Positions 12,487 to 24,568 of a stretch of DNA of 64,000 nucleotides are shown here, piece by piece. Position 1 is the stretch's first letter; every line of letters begins with the position of its first letter. This DNA is from Leucoraja ocellata. Taxonomy: Eukaryota. The stretch spans positions 4,216,001-4,280,000 of the forward strand of contig JAWMAR010000107.1 in the NCBI GenBank assembly GCA_036785375.1, given 5' to 3'. Made by a program: the position numbers and the translations under genes. The notes under the pieces were generated by a model. The model had not been told where the DNA came from. It made no database searches and saw nothing but the letters and a program-made list of their open reading frames with translations.

Positions 12487-13290
12487 CAGAGTCCACCACC
12501 AATTTTCCAGCACCCTTGGTTCCAGAGCCTTTCTGAATTAGCCATTTTGCCGGACCAACAGGCGTCACAGCTGCTTGGGGAGTCCAACAGTAGCAGAATG
12601 CCTGCCTAGGTTTCCCAGGAGACCAAGATACGTTCCTGCAAAGTCCGCCCTAGTAAGTTGGTTAAGGGAACGTATATGCCGGCACCACCCGGGCTGGTGT
12701 TTCAAAGCCTTTGACTGCAGGAGGCTGATTTGACTCACCGGTCGGCACCGAAGTCCCGATGAGGTCAGGATTGTCCATCTCACCTGGCCTTGGCACCACA
12801 TTTTTGGGGGAATAGTTTAGTTTAGAGATACAGAGCAGAAACAGGTCCTTTGGCCCACCGAGTTTGCACCGATCAGCGATCCCTGCACATTAACACTATC
12901 CCTACACACAATAGGGACAATTTACACTTATACCAAGCTAATTAACCCACCTACCTGTACCTCGTTGGAGTGTGGGAAGAACCGAAGATCTCAAAGAAAA
13001 CCCATGCGGTCACAGGCAGAAGGTACAAACTCCGTACAGACAGCACCTGTAGCTGGGATCGAACCCTGTTCTCTTGTGCTGCAAGCGCTTGTAAGGCAGC
13101 AACTCTACTGCTGCAACCATCATGAGAGGCAGATTTGACTTGCCAGTCGGCACGGAAGCCTCAATGAGGTCGGGATTGCACCACATTTTTGGGGAGACTT
13201 CTGGGAGGATTTCAAGTGCACTCTCTCTAAAATTTTGTCCAGACAAAGGACCAGACCACCAGTTGCCGGGAAAATTGGGTGGTGGACCTG
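12487..13290. mobile_element. Tc1/mariner-type (pogo/Tigger-like) MITE with nested SINE
   Basis: Termini CAGAGTCCACCACCAATTTTCC / GGAAAATTGGGTGGTGGACCTG flanked by TA on both sides; relative at 22175-22558. Confidence 0.7.
12815..13123 (-). mobile_element. tRNA-derived SINE (HE1/V-SINE-like) with CR1-type tail
   Basis: Minus strand has B-box GGTTCGATCCC, central GTACCTTCTGCCTGTGACCGCATGGGTTTTC domain and (CTAAA)n tail; similar copies near 34668-34935, 57810-58120, 62905-63115. Confidence 0.75.
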
Positions 13291-14391
13291 TACTGCAAGC
13301 TTCCTCATTTAGCATTGCCTCTGAAATAAACAAAGTCTACTATCTATTTTTAAAACCGAATGGCAGAATCCGTTGAAAAAAAATGCACTTAATGCATTGC
13401 AACCACAGAGTGAAGCAATGCTTTTCAACTAGACCATTTACCAAAATTTAAGTCTTTGTGTATGTCATATATGCATGGATTAAATGTATCAGGAGCTTAT
13501 TTGTATAGCTACAAATGAGAATGGCAAGAATGGCTAAAAGACTAACAGTTGAAATCAGGGGTGTAAGTAAGCAAGTGTGGATGGCAGGTAAATGGAAATA
13601 ATTTGGGGGAATGGCAAGGTTCTGAGAGGTATAATATGAAGGGTTTCTATATTATAAGAAAAGCTTTACTATACTTATAAGAATAGCTTTTTATATTATA
13701 AGAAAATACAAATTATATCTGATGGGTAGCTTGACACGGGGACCATGAATTCAACAAATGATTCCTGGTCCTGTGCTGAGTTAGCTGATCTCAGTGGTGC
13801 TGCAAAAGCTAACGAAGGAGAACGAAGGGGATCTAAAAATACACAGCCACACTTTATATGCTAATATAATATGAAATGCACCACAGTTTGAAACTCAACA
13901 AAAATCAATATAGGATTTGAGATAGCCAGGAAAGACACAAAATGCTGGGAGTAACTCAGCGGACAGGCAGGGGAGAGCTAACTCTTCTGACATCAGTCTG
14001 AAGAAGGGTCTCGACCCCAAATGTTATCCATTCTTCTCTCCAGAGATGTTGCCTGTTCCGTTGAGATACATGTTGTGTCTTACTTTTCGATTTAAACCAG
14101 CATCTGCAGTTCTTTACTACACAAAATGAGACAGCCAATTTGTCTTGAGTAAGTGCAACAAACAGCACTATGTCAGCACAGATTATCAGTTTGGTGACAT
14201 TAGTTTCATGTTTCCTTAGATAATGCCCTTTTTCCTGTTTTAAACAACAGTAAAGGAGCTTTTATATCTATGTGAAAGAGCATATCAAATGTTTTTTATG
14301 TCTCAACTGAAACTAACACCTCAACAGGCAATGCTTCCTCAGTAAATGGGACAGCTTACAAATGTGTACGTTTTCTGGTTTGGGACTTGGA

Positions 14392-14591
14392 NNNNNNNNN
14401 NNNNNNNNNNNNNNNNNNNNNNNNNNNNNNNNNNNNNNNNNNNNNNNNNNNNNNNNNNNNNNNNNNNNNNNNNNNNNNNNNNNNNNNNNNNNNNNNNNNN
14501 NNNNNNNNNNNNNNNNNNNNNNNNNNNNNNNNNNNNNNNNNNNNNNNNNNNNNNNNNNNNNNNNNNNNNNNNNNNNNNNNNNNNNNNNNNN
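14392..14591. other. Assembly gap (200 N)
   Basis: Run of exactly 200 N, probably a placeholder of unknown true size. Confidence 0.99.
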
Positions 14592-14814
14592 GGTTGTTAA
14601 AATTAGTCATATAATCACCCATGAATCCGCCCATGAGCGTACTACACGTTTGCGTGAGAGTAACCCATCTTGCTTCGCTATAAGATCTTTGGTCACTTGA
14701 ATGCAAATAATCATTGAGAGATTTCTTAGTGCTGGCAGAGGGTGGAGATGGGGAGGGAGAGAACTGTCTGCGCGTCCTCCCAGGAGGTGCAGGAAGGAAC
14801 TGCAGATGCTGGTT

Positions 14815-15855
14815 TAGAAACATAGAACATAGAAAATAGGTGCAGGAGTAGGCCATTCGGCCATTCAATATGATCATGGCTGATCATCCAACTCAGTATC
14901 CTGTACCTGCCTTCTCTCCTTACCCCCTGATCCCTTTAGCCACAAGGGCCACATCTAACTCTCTCTTAAATATAGCCAATGAACTGGCCTCAACTACCTT
15001 CTGTGACAGAGAATTCCAGAGATTCATCACTCTCTCATCTCGGTCCTAAAAGATTCCCCCTTTATCCTCAAACTGTGACCCCTTGTTCTGGACTTCCCCA
15101 ACATCGGGAACAATATTCCTGCATCTAGCCTGTCCAACCCCTTAAGAATTTTGTAAATTTCGATAAGATCCCCCCTCAACCGTCGAAATTCTAGCGAGTA
15201 CAAGCCAAGTCTATCCAGTCTTTCTTCATATGAAAGTTCTGACATCCCAGGAATCAGTCTGGTGAACCTTCACTGCACTCCCTCTATGGCAAGAATGTCT
15301 TCCCTCAGATTAGGAGACCAAAACTGTATGCAATACTCCAGGTGTCTCACCAAGACCCTGTATAACTGCAGTAGAACCTCATGCTCCTATACTCAAATCC
15401 TTTTGCTATGAATGCTAACATACCATTCACTTTCTTCACTGCCTGCTGCACCTGCATGCCTACTTTCAATGACTGGTGTACCATGACACCCAGGTCTCGT
15501 TGCATCTCCCCTTTTCCTAATCGACCACCATTCAGATAATAGTCTACTTTCCTGTTTTTGCCACCAAAGTGGATAACCTCACATTTATCCACATTATACT
15601 GCATCTGCCATGCATTTGCCCACTCACCCAGCCTATCGAAGTCACCTTGCAGCCTCCTAGCATCCTCCTCACAGCTAACACTGCCCCCCAGCTTCGTGTC
15701 ATCCGCAAACTTGGAGATGTTGCATTCAATTCCCTCGTCCAAATCATTAATATATATTGTAAATAGCTGGGGTCACTGAGCACTGAGCCTTGTGGTACCC
15801 CACTAGTCACTGCCTGCCATTGTGAAATGGACTCGTTTGCTCCTACTCTTTGCTT
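14815..15855 (-). mobile_element. CR1 LINE 3' portion (same subfamily as 7360-9348)
   Basis: ORFs 15347-15742 and 15027-15245 nearly identical to the C-terminal half of the 600-aa ORF; tail at ~14815-14835. Confidence 0.92.
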
Positions 15856-16059
15856 GGAGATGTTGCATTCAATTACACCGAAGATAGACACTAAATGCTG
15901 AAGTAACAGCGAGTCAGGATCTGGAAAAAAGGAATGGGTAATGTTTCGGGCCGAGATCCTCCTTTGGACTTGCTAAAGGATCTTTGCTTTCGACTGAAGG
16001 TACACAAAATTGCTGGAGAAACTCAGCGGGTGCAGCAGCATCTATGGAGCGAAGGCTTC

Positions 16060-16347
16060 CTTTGCTTTCGACTGGCCGTTTCGCGTCGAGCACAGGCGAG
16101 GGCGGGGCTGCGGCTCCAGAGAGCCGGTGAGGGGCGGGGGCGGGGGCGGGGCAGCGATTCCCGAGCGCCAGCGGGGGCGGGGCTGCGGCTCCAGAGTGGG
16201 GGCGGGGCTGCGATTCCCGAGCGCCGGCGATCTCTCGCAGCCGAACGTCTTCGGAGGCTGTTTTATTTGGGAGTTGCGTCACGCGGATTATACGAGAGCG
16301 CAGGGCAGTCGGACTGAGCGGTTGCAAGTTGGCTGCTGAGTTCCGTC
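16060..16347 (+). promoter_or_regulatory. ITM2B: ITM2B CpG-island promoter / 5' UTR with clustered GC boxes
   Basis: CpG-rich, multiple GGGCGG (Sp/KLF) boxes at 16100-16208 directly upstream of the ATG at 16348. Confidence 0.75.
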
Positions 16348-16434
16348 ATGGTGAAAGTGGCCTTCAACTCGGCGCTGAGCCAGAAGGCGCCCAAGAAGGA
16401 TGAAAACAATGAGACGCTCATCATCCCTGAGAAG
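16348..16434 (+). CDS. ITM2B: Integral membrane protein 2B (BRI2), exon 1
   Basis: MVKVAFNSALSQKAPKKDENNETLIIPEK, typical ITM2B N-terminus; donor aag/gtgggt, phase 0; syntenic with MED4 and RB1. Confidence 0.93.
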
Positions 16435-16776
16435 GTGGGTTGCCGTTTCGCTGTTTTCCTGCCGGACCCAATCCCCTGTTCATCAACCTTCCGATTCGGT
16501 GCAGCTCATTCTGCATGGTACAAGGCGCCTGTGGCGGTGGCGTAGGTTAGTTGTAAATATAGCAGAGGGCGGTCTTTAGCGGGTTGTGGTTGATATTCGG
16601 CCCGAGAACCGAGGACTATGGGCTTCGACCGTAGCAGTGAAATGCCTGTAAAATGGCTGCCGGGCTGAGGAGCCGGCCTCCTTGTCGGAGCTCGCTGGAT
16701 CCCTGCCCCCTCCCGCAGTATACAGCAACGTCACTGGGGAAGCTCCAGTGTCCATAGTTCAGTCCGTTGGATCAAA

Positions 16777-16945
16777 TATAGATACAAAGTACTGGTGTAA
16801 CTCAGCGGGTCAGACAGTATCCCTGGAAAAAAAGGATGTGTGACGTTTCGGGTCTGAACCCTTCTTCAGCTAGAGATGCTGCCTGACCCGCTGAGTTACT
16901 CCAGCACGTTGTGTCTATCCTTGGTGTAAACCGGCATCTCCATTT
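16777..16945. mobile_element. Penelope-derived short palindromic repeat with hammerhead-like core
   Basis: Inverted arms (TAACTCAGCGGGTCAG / CTGACCCGCTGAGTTA); minus strand 16869-16841 reads CTGAAGA-AGGGTTCAGACCC-GAAA-CGTC. Confidence 0.7.
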
Positions 16946-18515
16946 AATTTTTACATTTTGGCTTTGGAATAGCTGGACTTTGAAATGGGTGATGTTTATT
17001 GATCAGTGATGTTCAATGTTATTTCGGCGAGAGCACTAACAGGTAGGAACGCAACGTATTATGTGATTTTTCTTTCGGAATACTTCAGTCCTACTGTTCC
17101 TCGAAGTGATGGGAGAGTAAACGCATATAGAAAAAGTAAACCTTAACTGCTGGCTTGGTCAAACAGTTGGATTTTGAGGTTCAGAATAGACTGAAGTTTA
17201 TGGGCGAGAATTCCAGAGTATAGGAAGGAGCCAAATGGAAATATATCTGTCTGCCTTTGAAACAAATTCTTAATTTATACGAATAGCAAATTGGGGGTGA
17301 ATGAGATTACAGATTCTGCAGCTACATTTTAATTATCAGAAAGCGAATTTCATGTAAAGTATTTAGAGGTCATGGTCATGTTGTCAAAATTATGAACATA
17401 ATGTGTGATCGACTCCGGACGTTTCCTGTTGTGCTGTCTCAATTCCCCGTTTGATTTATACATTTTGTCAGCAATGTGATATTGGGATAGTTGGCAATGT
17501 TCTGATAATATATCTTCATGTTGTTAATTATTGACAAAGATATTGCATAACATTTTATTTTTCGTCGTTGTAGGAGGCCTTTGTCTTCCAAGACGAGTAT
17601 TATTGATTGGAACAATCCCATTGCCCTACTCTCCATTCATTCTTTCCAGAGATGCTGCCTGACCTGCTGAGTTACTCCCAACATTTTGTGTCTACGTTTA
17701 ATTTAAACCAACATCTGCAGTTCTTTCCTGCACACCATTGCCCTACTTCTCTGCAAACTATTTCTCTTGTGGCTATTAACTCTCCTCAGATTCTTAAACT
17801 GGTCACATATGTAAGGAGTAATTTACAGTAGCCAATTAACCTATTTGCATATGAGAGACGATGAAACACTAGAGAACCCCACTCAGCCATAGAGTGGAAG
17901 TACAACATTCATCCAGACAGCATATGAATGTGATTGGTGGGTTTATCATTAAGAGTGGATATTTGTGTATAAACCACTTTGGATTGATGTTTAAAATTTT
18001 CAGGCCTTGATGTTAACAATTTGACTTCATAAGACTATAATCAGAGCCTATGATAGACACAAAAAGTTAGAGTAACTCATCGGGACAGGCAACATCTATG
18101 GAGTGAAGGAATGGGTGACGTTTTGCGTTGTGACCCTTCTTCATGATAATTAGAGCTTGCTTCTCTGGATGGTATATTCTGTTTGACACAACTTATTTGT
18201 TGTTACTCCTCCTATTCTAGCTATCCTTCAGCACACATGTCTGCTTTCAAATTGATAGCATGTTTGGCATTCTAGTAAGTCTTATAGTGAGTAGATAGTG
18301 TTATTTATCCCTCCCCATTGGTTCCTTGTAAAATTTAGTGGTTACTTGTATTTTATTTCCTTCCCTCATTCCATCAAGTTCTTTATTACACAAAACCCAA
18401 CAAATATGTAACTTTTACAGGTGTCTTGAGTTAGGTTTTCCAGTGTTTAATTTGTAGACTTGATACCTGTAATTTATCTGTTTTCATTTTTTCCAATCAG
18501 CTTTGTTCATGTATT

Positions 18516-19735
18516 TATCAAGCCATCAATATAGCTCTACATTCTGCACTGACACATCTGGAGCGTCCTGGCTCATATGTGAGGATGTTATTTGTAGATT
18601 TTAGTTCTGCATTTAATACAATCATCCCCAGCAGAATGGTGGACAAACTGTCTGATCTGGGTGTTAATGCAAACACATGCGGATGGATTAAGGACTTTTT
18701 AACAGATCGCCCACAGACTGTCAGGATGGGGTCCAATTACTCCCCTGACGCTCAGCACAGGAGCGCCACAAGGTTGTGTGCTGAGTCCCATCTTGTATAC
18801 AATATACACCTATGACTGTATACCAACCAACAGGATCATCAAGTTTGCAGACGACACGACTGTGGTAGGACTGATAAACAACAACGACGAGTCTGCCTAC
18901 AGGGATGAAGTCCAAAAACTGACTGTCTGGTGTACCAAAAACAATCTGGTACTCAACCCATCAAAGACAAAAGAGCTGGTCGTTGACTTCAGGAGGAAGA
19001 GGAGAGAGGAACCTGCTCCCTTATACATCAAAGGAGACATGGTGGAGAGAGTCACTGGCTTTAAGTTCCTGGGAATAAACATCTCCCAGGACCTCAAATG
19101 TCAAATGAACACCGTCACTCTCGTTAAGAAGTCACATCAGCGGCTGTATTTCCTGAGGTCTCTGCAGAGAGCAAACATCTCACAGCCGCTGCTGTTGTCC
19201 TTCTACCGATGCGCCGTGGAAAGTATCCTCTCCTATGGAATCCTAGTGTGGTTTGCTAGTTGTACTGTGACTGAGAGGAGGGCGCTGCAGGGAATTATAA
19301 AAACTGCGCTGAGCATTACAAACGCCCAACTACCCTCCTTGGATGACATATATAGGGCCCGATGCTTGCGCCGGGCCACAAATATCAAGCAGGACACATC
19401 CCACCCTGCCAACCACCTTTTTACTCTGCTACCCTCTGGGAGGCGATTCAGGACTCTGAAGGCTCGCAGACTAAAAAATAGTCTCTACCCATGTGCGATA
19501 AAAGAGCTAAATTCCAACAGAGAACACCGGGGAAGCAAAATGTAATTCCAAGAAATGCCGCCAAATTCTTTTAAATTCTTTTAAAATACCCATTATTATT
19601 CTATTAATAAGTGTACATATATGTTAATGGTTGTCGTGTTTGTATATATTTTTTTTATCCGGAGGAGATGTAATGGAATTTCGTTGGACAGTATTGTGCA
19701 ATGACAATAAACGTATTCATTCATTCATTAGTTCA
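18516..19735 (+). mobile_element. Rex1/Babar LINE, 5'-truncated
   Basis: [55 protein letters not shown] motifs; tail AATAAA...(ATTC)n. Confidence 0.9.
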
Positions 19736-20626
19736 TTCTTCTGAAAGAAATCTTCTAAATGTTGTCATGATTCTCCAAACTACTAAATGCTTCCCAGGTA
19801 TTATGTGGTTATTTTTCAGCTTTTCTTCTTTAGGCATGTCTAGAGATCATGACTTCAGAGGTGCCAGGAATTATAAAGTTGCTTTCCAGTCTGTGGTTTT
19901 CTGCATGCTTCTAATGTGCTTCTTGTAGAAATTTCTTCTACACTGTTTTGCATGGTGTGATTGTCCAAGGCTAACGTTTATCGTTTATTTCAAATTGTAT
20001 TGAACGTGATGGTCAAGTTGATGCCACAAAATGTTGCAGTCCCACAGTGTTGGGTATGGACCTTCCCGAATTTTGCCCCAATGTATTTCAAAGACAGAAT
20101 GGTGTGTGACTTGGGTAAGCTTTCAAGGTGGTTATGTTCATATTGCTATCCTTGTACAGGTGGAGTTTATAGATGTGGAAGATAACACCAAATCTTGGGC
20201 AGACAAAAATGCTGGAGAAACTCAGTGGGTGAGGCAGCATCTAAAGAGCGAAGGAAATGGGCAACGTTTCGGGTTGAGACCTTCCTGAAGGGTCTCGACC
20301 CGAAACGTTGCCTATTTCCTGAATGGTCTCGATCCAAAACGTTGCCTGTTTCCTTCGCTCCATTGATGCTGCCTTACCTGCTGAGTTTCTGCATTTTTGT
20401 CTACCTTTGATTTTCCAGCATCTGCAGTTCCTTCTTAAACACCAAATCTTGGACAGATCACATCCTTAAATATGGAACAAACTGCAGGCACATTATGCTG
20501 GCAATTGAGTGGCTAATTGCATAAAGTGGTAGATGCATCAAACAAGTTGTTTTGTTGGAGCTATATTCATCCAGGCAAGTAGTGAGTATTCTGCTAGCAT
20601 GTTTTGTAGATGGACAAAAGGCCTTA

Positions 20627-20847
20627 AAGGCCTGTCCCACGACAATTTTTTTCGGCGACTAATGTATCAGGTCACCGAAAAAGTTGCGGCGATGACACGG
20701 CGTGATGACGTATGCTGCGTGGTGTTTCCTCAAGTGTCGCAACATTTTTTTAGTTGCTGCTGGATGTTGAAATGTTGAAATGTTCAAAATCTTTCGGCAA
20801 CCCTGATGTGTCAGTCGCTGAAAAAATTGCCAAGTGGGACAGGCCCT
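20627..20847. mobile_element. PIF/Harbinger-type MITE
   Basis: TIR AAGGCCTGTCCCAC / GTGGGACAGGCCCT with TTA on both sides. Confidence 0.75.
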
Positions 20848-21274
20848 TTAGGAGTCGGTCTGTGACCTATTCTTGTGGCTGCAGAATTCAGATAGTTCAA
20901 TGAAAATGAGTCAGTGGTGAATTCTAAAATGTTAGTAAGAGGATCGGCGATGTTAACACTGTTTAATGTCAGACTTTTTTTGAGATAATAATCATTATCT
21001 GTACTATGTATGATTCTACTCCGTGAGTTTCTGGGTTAATCTTGTTTTCATTTAAAATTCTTATCTCCTTCTACCCCAAAAGAAGGGTTTAGTCCATTCT
21101 TGTTGTCAGTGTGTTTGGATGTTCTACCTTTCTCTGAACCCTCTTCCTCTCCCGATAGAAAGGTTGAACTGTACCAGTTCCAACTACAGGATGATGTAAA
21201 CAAGGTCTGCTGATTGTTCATAAAATATGGATTATATATGGGACTTTAGTAAAGAATGTCTTAGCTTCATAACC

Positions 21275-21597
21275 TCAACTTCCAAGTTGTATTGAAAAAA
21301 CCTGCACTGCAGGCAGGCAGAGAGAGAGACAGGCAGGCAGGCAGAGACACAGATAGTCTCCCCCCCCCCCCCCCCCCCCCCCCCCCCTCTCCATCACCCC
21401 TCCACCCCCCCTCTCCATCACCCCTCCCTCTCTCTCTTTCTCTGCCCTTCGAGATAGTTCAGGGATGGGGTAAAAGGAGCCAATGAATAATATTAATATC
21501 AAGGGGGGGTGGTTAGTGTGTGTGTGATGCCGCAGCCCCCCCCCCCCCCCCACCCCCCATTGAGGGGATGGGACCCAACGGGTCCCCCTTGGTCTAG
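21275..21597 (+). mobile_element. Non-autonomous Helitron 3' portion (5' boundary uncertain)
   Basis: Hairpin GGGACCC-aac-GGGTCCC (21570-21586) followed by CTAG then T at 21594-21598; same terminus as copies at 44611, 46203, 47528. Confidence 0.6.
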
Positions 21598-21920
21598 TAC
21601 CTTCATATGTGTCTCGTTCCCTCTCCCCTTACAGTCTGAAGAAGGGTCTCAACCCAAAAAGTCATCTCTTCCTTTTCTCCAGATATGTTGCGTGACCCAC
21701 TGAGTTACTCAAGTTTGTTATGTCTATCTTCACTTTAAACAGACACTGTTTTGTAAGGATGTTTCTAATGTTAGTTGTAAATATCCTTGCATTAGTGCAC
21801 TTGGATCAATGACAACTGAAATTTAAAGCTGGAAATTTTGATTATTTGAAGATTAGAGTTAAGCCAACTTGTATATGTGTAGGCCCTTGGTTTGACATGC
21901 CAAATGCTTTTTTCATGCAG

Positions 21921-22055
21921 GATCCAGAGGATGAAGTCGTACCATTTAGACACCAATCACGTGTCTGGTGCTGGTGTATGTGTCTTGGACTAGCTCTCAT
22001 GTTGTCCGGTGTTGTGGTTGGTGGTGCATATCTCTACCGATATTTTATCGTACAG
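21921..22055 (+). CDS. ITM2B: ITM2B exon 2 (transmembrane segment)
   Basis: DPEDEVVPFRHQSRVWCWCMCLGLALMLSGVVVGGAYLYRYFIVQ; gcag acceptor, gtagga donor; 135 nt. Confidence 0.96.
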
Positions 22056-22174
22056 GTAGGAGAAGGACTAAGGGGATTAATCTTTGTTTTTTACCCTGTA
22101 CAAATGTGTATGATGCTGTTCATGAATGACTACTAGTATTGATTGCTTGACAATTTGATGCACAAATTTGAGTA

Positions 22175-22558
22175 CAGGTTTTCCACCGTTTTGTTTTCAT
22201 CTACCAACTGGTGGTTTGGCACTTCCTTTAATCCGGACAAAATTACGAGAGTGGACTTGATATCCCCCCCTGTTAGTCCCCGCCAAAAATGTGGCACCTA
22301 GGCTGGGTGAGGCAGCTGATCTTTACTTCATCGAGTTTGCCGCGGCGGTTTGGTAGGTTGAGTTTGCCCCCTCCTGCTGGGGCACTGGAACTCTGTCACG
22401 GCCAGAGCTGGCAGATCCTTTTCCATACTCGACATTCGAGGCTGACTAGACGGACCATTCTGGTACCACTTCTGAGGCCATGACCTCTGTTGGTTCGGCA
22501 AAATGGATAATCCAGAAAGACTGGAACCAAGGGTGCTGAAAAATCGGTGGTGGACCTG
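22175..22558. mobile_element. Tc1/mariner-type MITE, relative of 12487-13290
   Basis: Right end GGAACCAAGGGTGCTGAAAAATCGGTGGTGGACCTG is the reverse complement of the left end of the 12487 copy. Confidence 0.6.
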
Positions 22559-23076
22559 CATTTTTTTTCCTGAATGAATAAACTGATACAATAATAACTA
22601 CTTTGTCTATACAAATGTACCTGTCATATAACACTTAGTCTATTGTTTGCAACTTAAAGTTAGTAGCCTCAAAATATCAAGGCGTTCTTCAGCATCTATG
22701 GAGGTGACGTTTCGGGTCGACCAGAAAGGTCACCTATTCCTTCGCTCTATAGACGCTTCCTCACCTGCTGAGTTTCTCCAGCATTTTTGTCTACCTTTGA
22801 TTTTTCCAACATCTGCAGTTCTTTCGTAAACAAAGTAGTTCTTCAACTCTCATTACGGTGATGCATAGAGGGTGTGGCAAATATTTAAGACTGAGAAATG
22901 AGTTGGCAGGTTATGGTAGGCAAAATGAGGAAATGGTGTTCAAATCATGTACGAACAAGCAGGCAGAGATGTTAAAACAAAACCAGAAAATTCTAGAAAT
23001 ACTTGAGGCAGGCCACATCTTTGGGAAGTAAAACTGTGATCACCCAACCAAATGTAGATAAAGCGATGGCTTTGTG

Positions 23077-23585
23077 CAGGCACGGAAATCGCTGTCAAAA
23101 CATGGGGAGGGACAATATTTCTTGACGGCCGCACGCGCGCGAAGTTTCGGCCGTGGGCCCTAGGACTGGCAACATCGACAACTGACCTGGTTGGTGACCG
23201 TCTCCGAACTCAGGCAACAGCAGCTTCGTCCTCCCCGAATCGTGGGGCTTCAATCGGCGTGTTCGTGGGGGCTTCAACATCGGGAGCCTCGATCGCCTCG
23301 AAGCAGCAATTTGACCGTGGGGTGGTGGAAGATCCCGAGGTCGATTTTAAGTTGCACAGGGCCGGGCGATTAAAGGCCCCGCGAACAGGCCGATTCAAGC
23401 TCCGCTCCATGATCTTTACTCCGCCAGGACGTCTCCCTCCTACAAATCACCGCGATCTATTCTCAGTCCCACCACCCTACTTCCGGGGGTATCGTCCCCT
23501 GCTTCTCAAAACGGGGGGGGGGACGGGGGCGTGTGCCCCCCCCCCCCCCCCTGTTTTCCCCCTCCCCCCGGGATTTCTGCCCCTG
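23077..23585. mobile_element. hAT non-autonomous element (CpG-rich)
   Basis: TIR CAGGCACGGAAATC / GATTTCTGCCCCTG; perfect 8-bp TSD GCTTTGTG (23069-23076, 23586-23593). Confidence 0.85.
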
Positions 23586-24568
23586 GCTTTGTGGAATTTG
23601 TGCATCAATCCACATGGGAGACTGAGCTTACTATTGCATGCCATCTTAATTCCTCATCTCATTCCCATGTTGGCCAAACTGTCTGTGATCTGTGTTGTCA
23701 TGGGCCAACAAAAGCTTGAGGAACAACACCTCATTTTCTGTCTTGGCTTGTTGTAACCTTCTGGACTTAATATATTCTAAAACTTAGGGTAATTTGATTT
23801 CTTGGTCTGTATCTACTTATTAGTCAAGCTTGTTTCGCCTATTTCTTCCTCACTGGCTATCAGTTTTGCATTTCACAACTCTCATATTTTGTGTTGGTCT
23901 TGCTCTTTGGTTGCTTGCAATCGCTCATTAACCAGGTAACCTTGTTTATAGCTTGTCCCCATGATGACCTCATTGTCCCTCTATCAGTAACATCCCACAC
24001 TTCCTGTAACTATACAAGCTACTTTGGTCACCTCAGGTTGCCATGTCAGGTATTCACTATGTTCCTATTCCCACTTCAGTAGGATGGCCAGACCTGCAGA
24101 GTATTTTCTATTTTAGATGTCTTGTATCTGCTGTTTATTAATTTTTCAGTAAGCTGAGATGTTTATGAATTAATAGATAAAAATCAGTCGAGGTACAGGT
24201 ACAATGAAAATCTTGCAGCAGATGACAAGTACATGGGCTCACAAACATTTTTGGAAAGCAAAGGTTTGAGCAAGTAAATGGAATAGAATTTGTCACACCA
24301 ATTCACCCAATTGATTGGAAGAATCTAGTATAACAAGTTCCACTGACCTAAGATGGCACAAACAAATCTTTGAAAATACCACAGATGATAATGCTAGTAC
24401 TACTATTTATTGTTCTTAAATCAAATCTAAGTTCTAATAGTTCAATATTCAAAATGCTGATGGACGTTCCAGTATGTGCTTGTATTTTGACACAACTCGT
24501 CTATTTGAGTCGTGATTTCAAATAAAATCGTTAACTTTAAAAAATGGAACTATTTATAGTGCATCTAT

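Noticed and set aside
13288-13333. Minus-strand acceptor-like tttcag followed by a short open frame as a possible MED4 exon
   Set aside because: Translation (EAMLNEEACST) does not resemble MED4 exons 1-3 and runs into a MITE terminus
14346-14877. ORFs spanning the N run
   Set aside because: Artefacts of translating the assembly gap
15914-16339. 100-137 aa ORFs over the ITM2B promoter
   Set aside because: GC-rich repeats lacking stops, partly TE-derived; no recognisable domain
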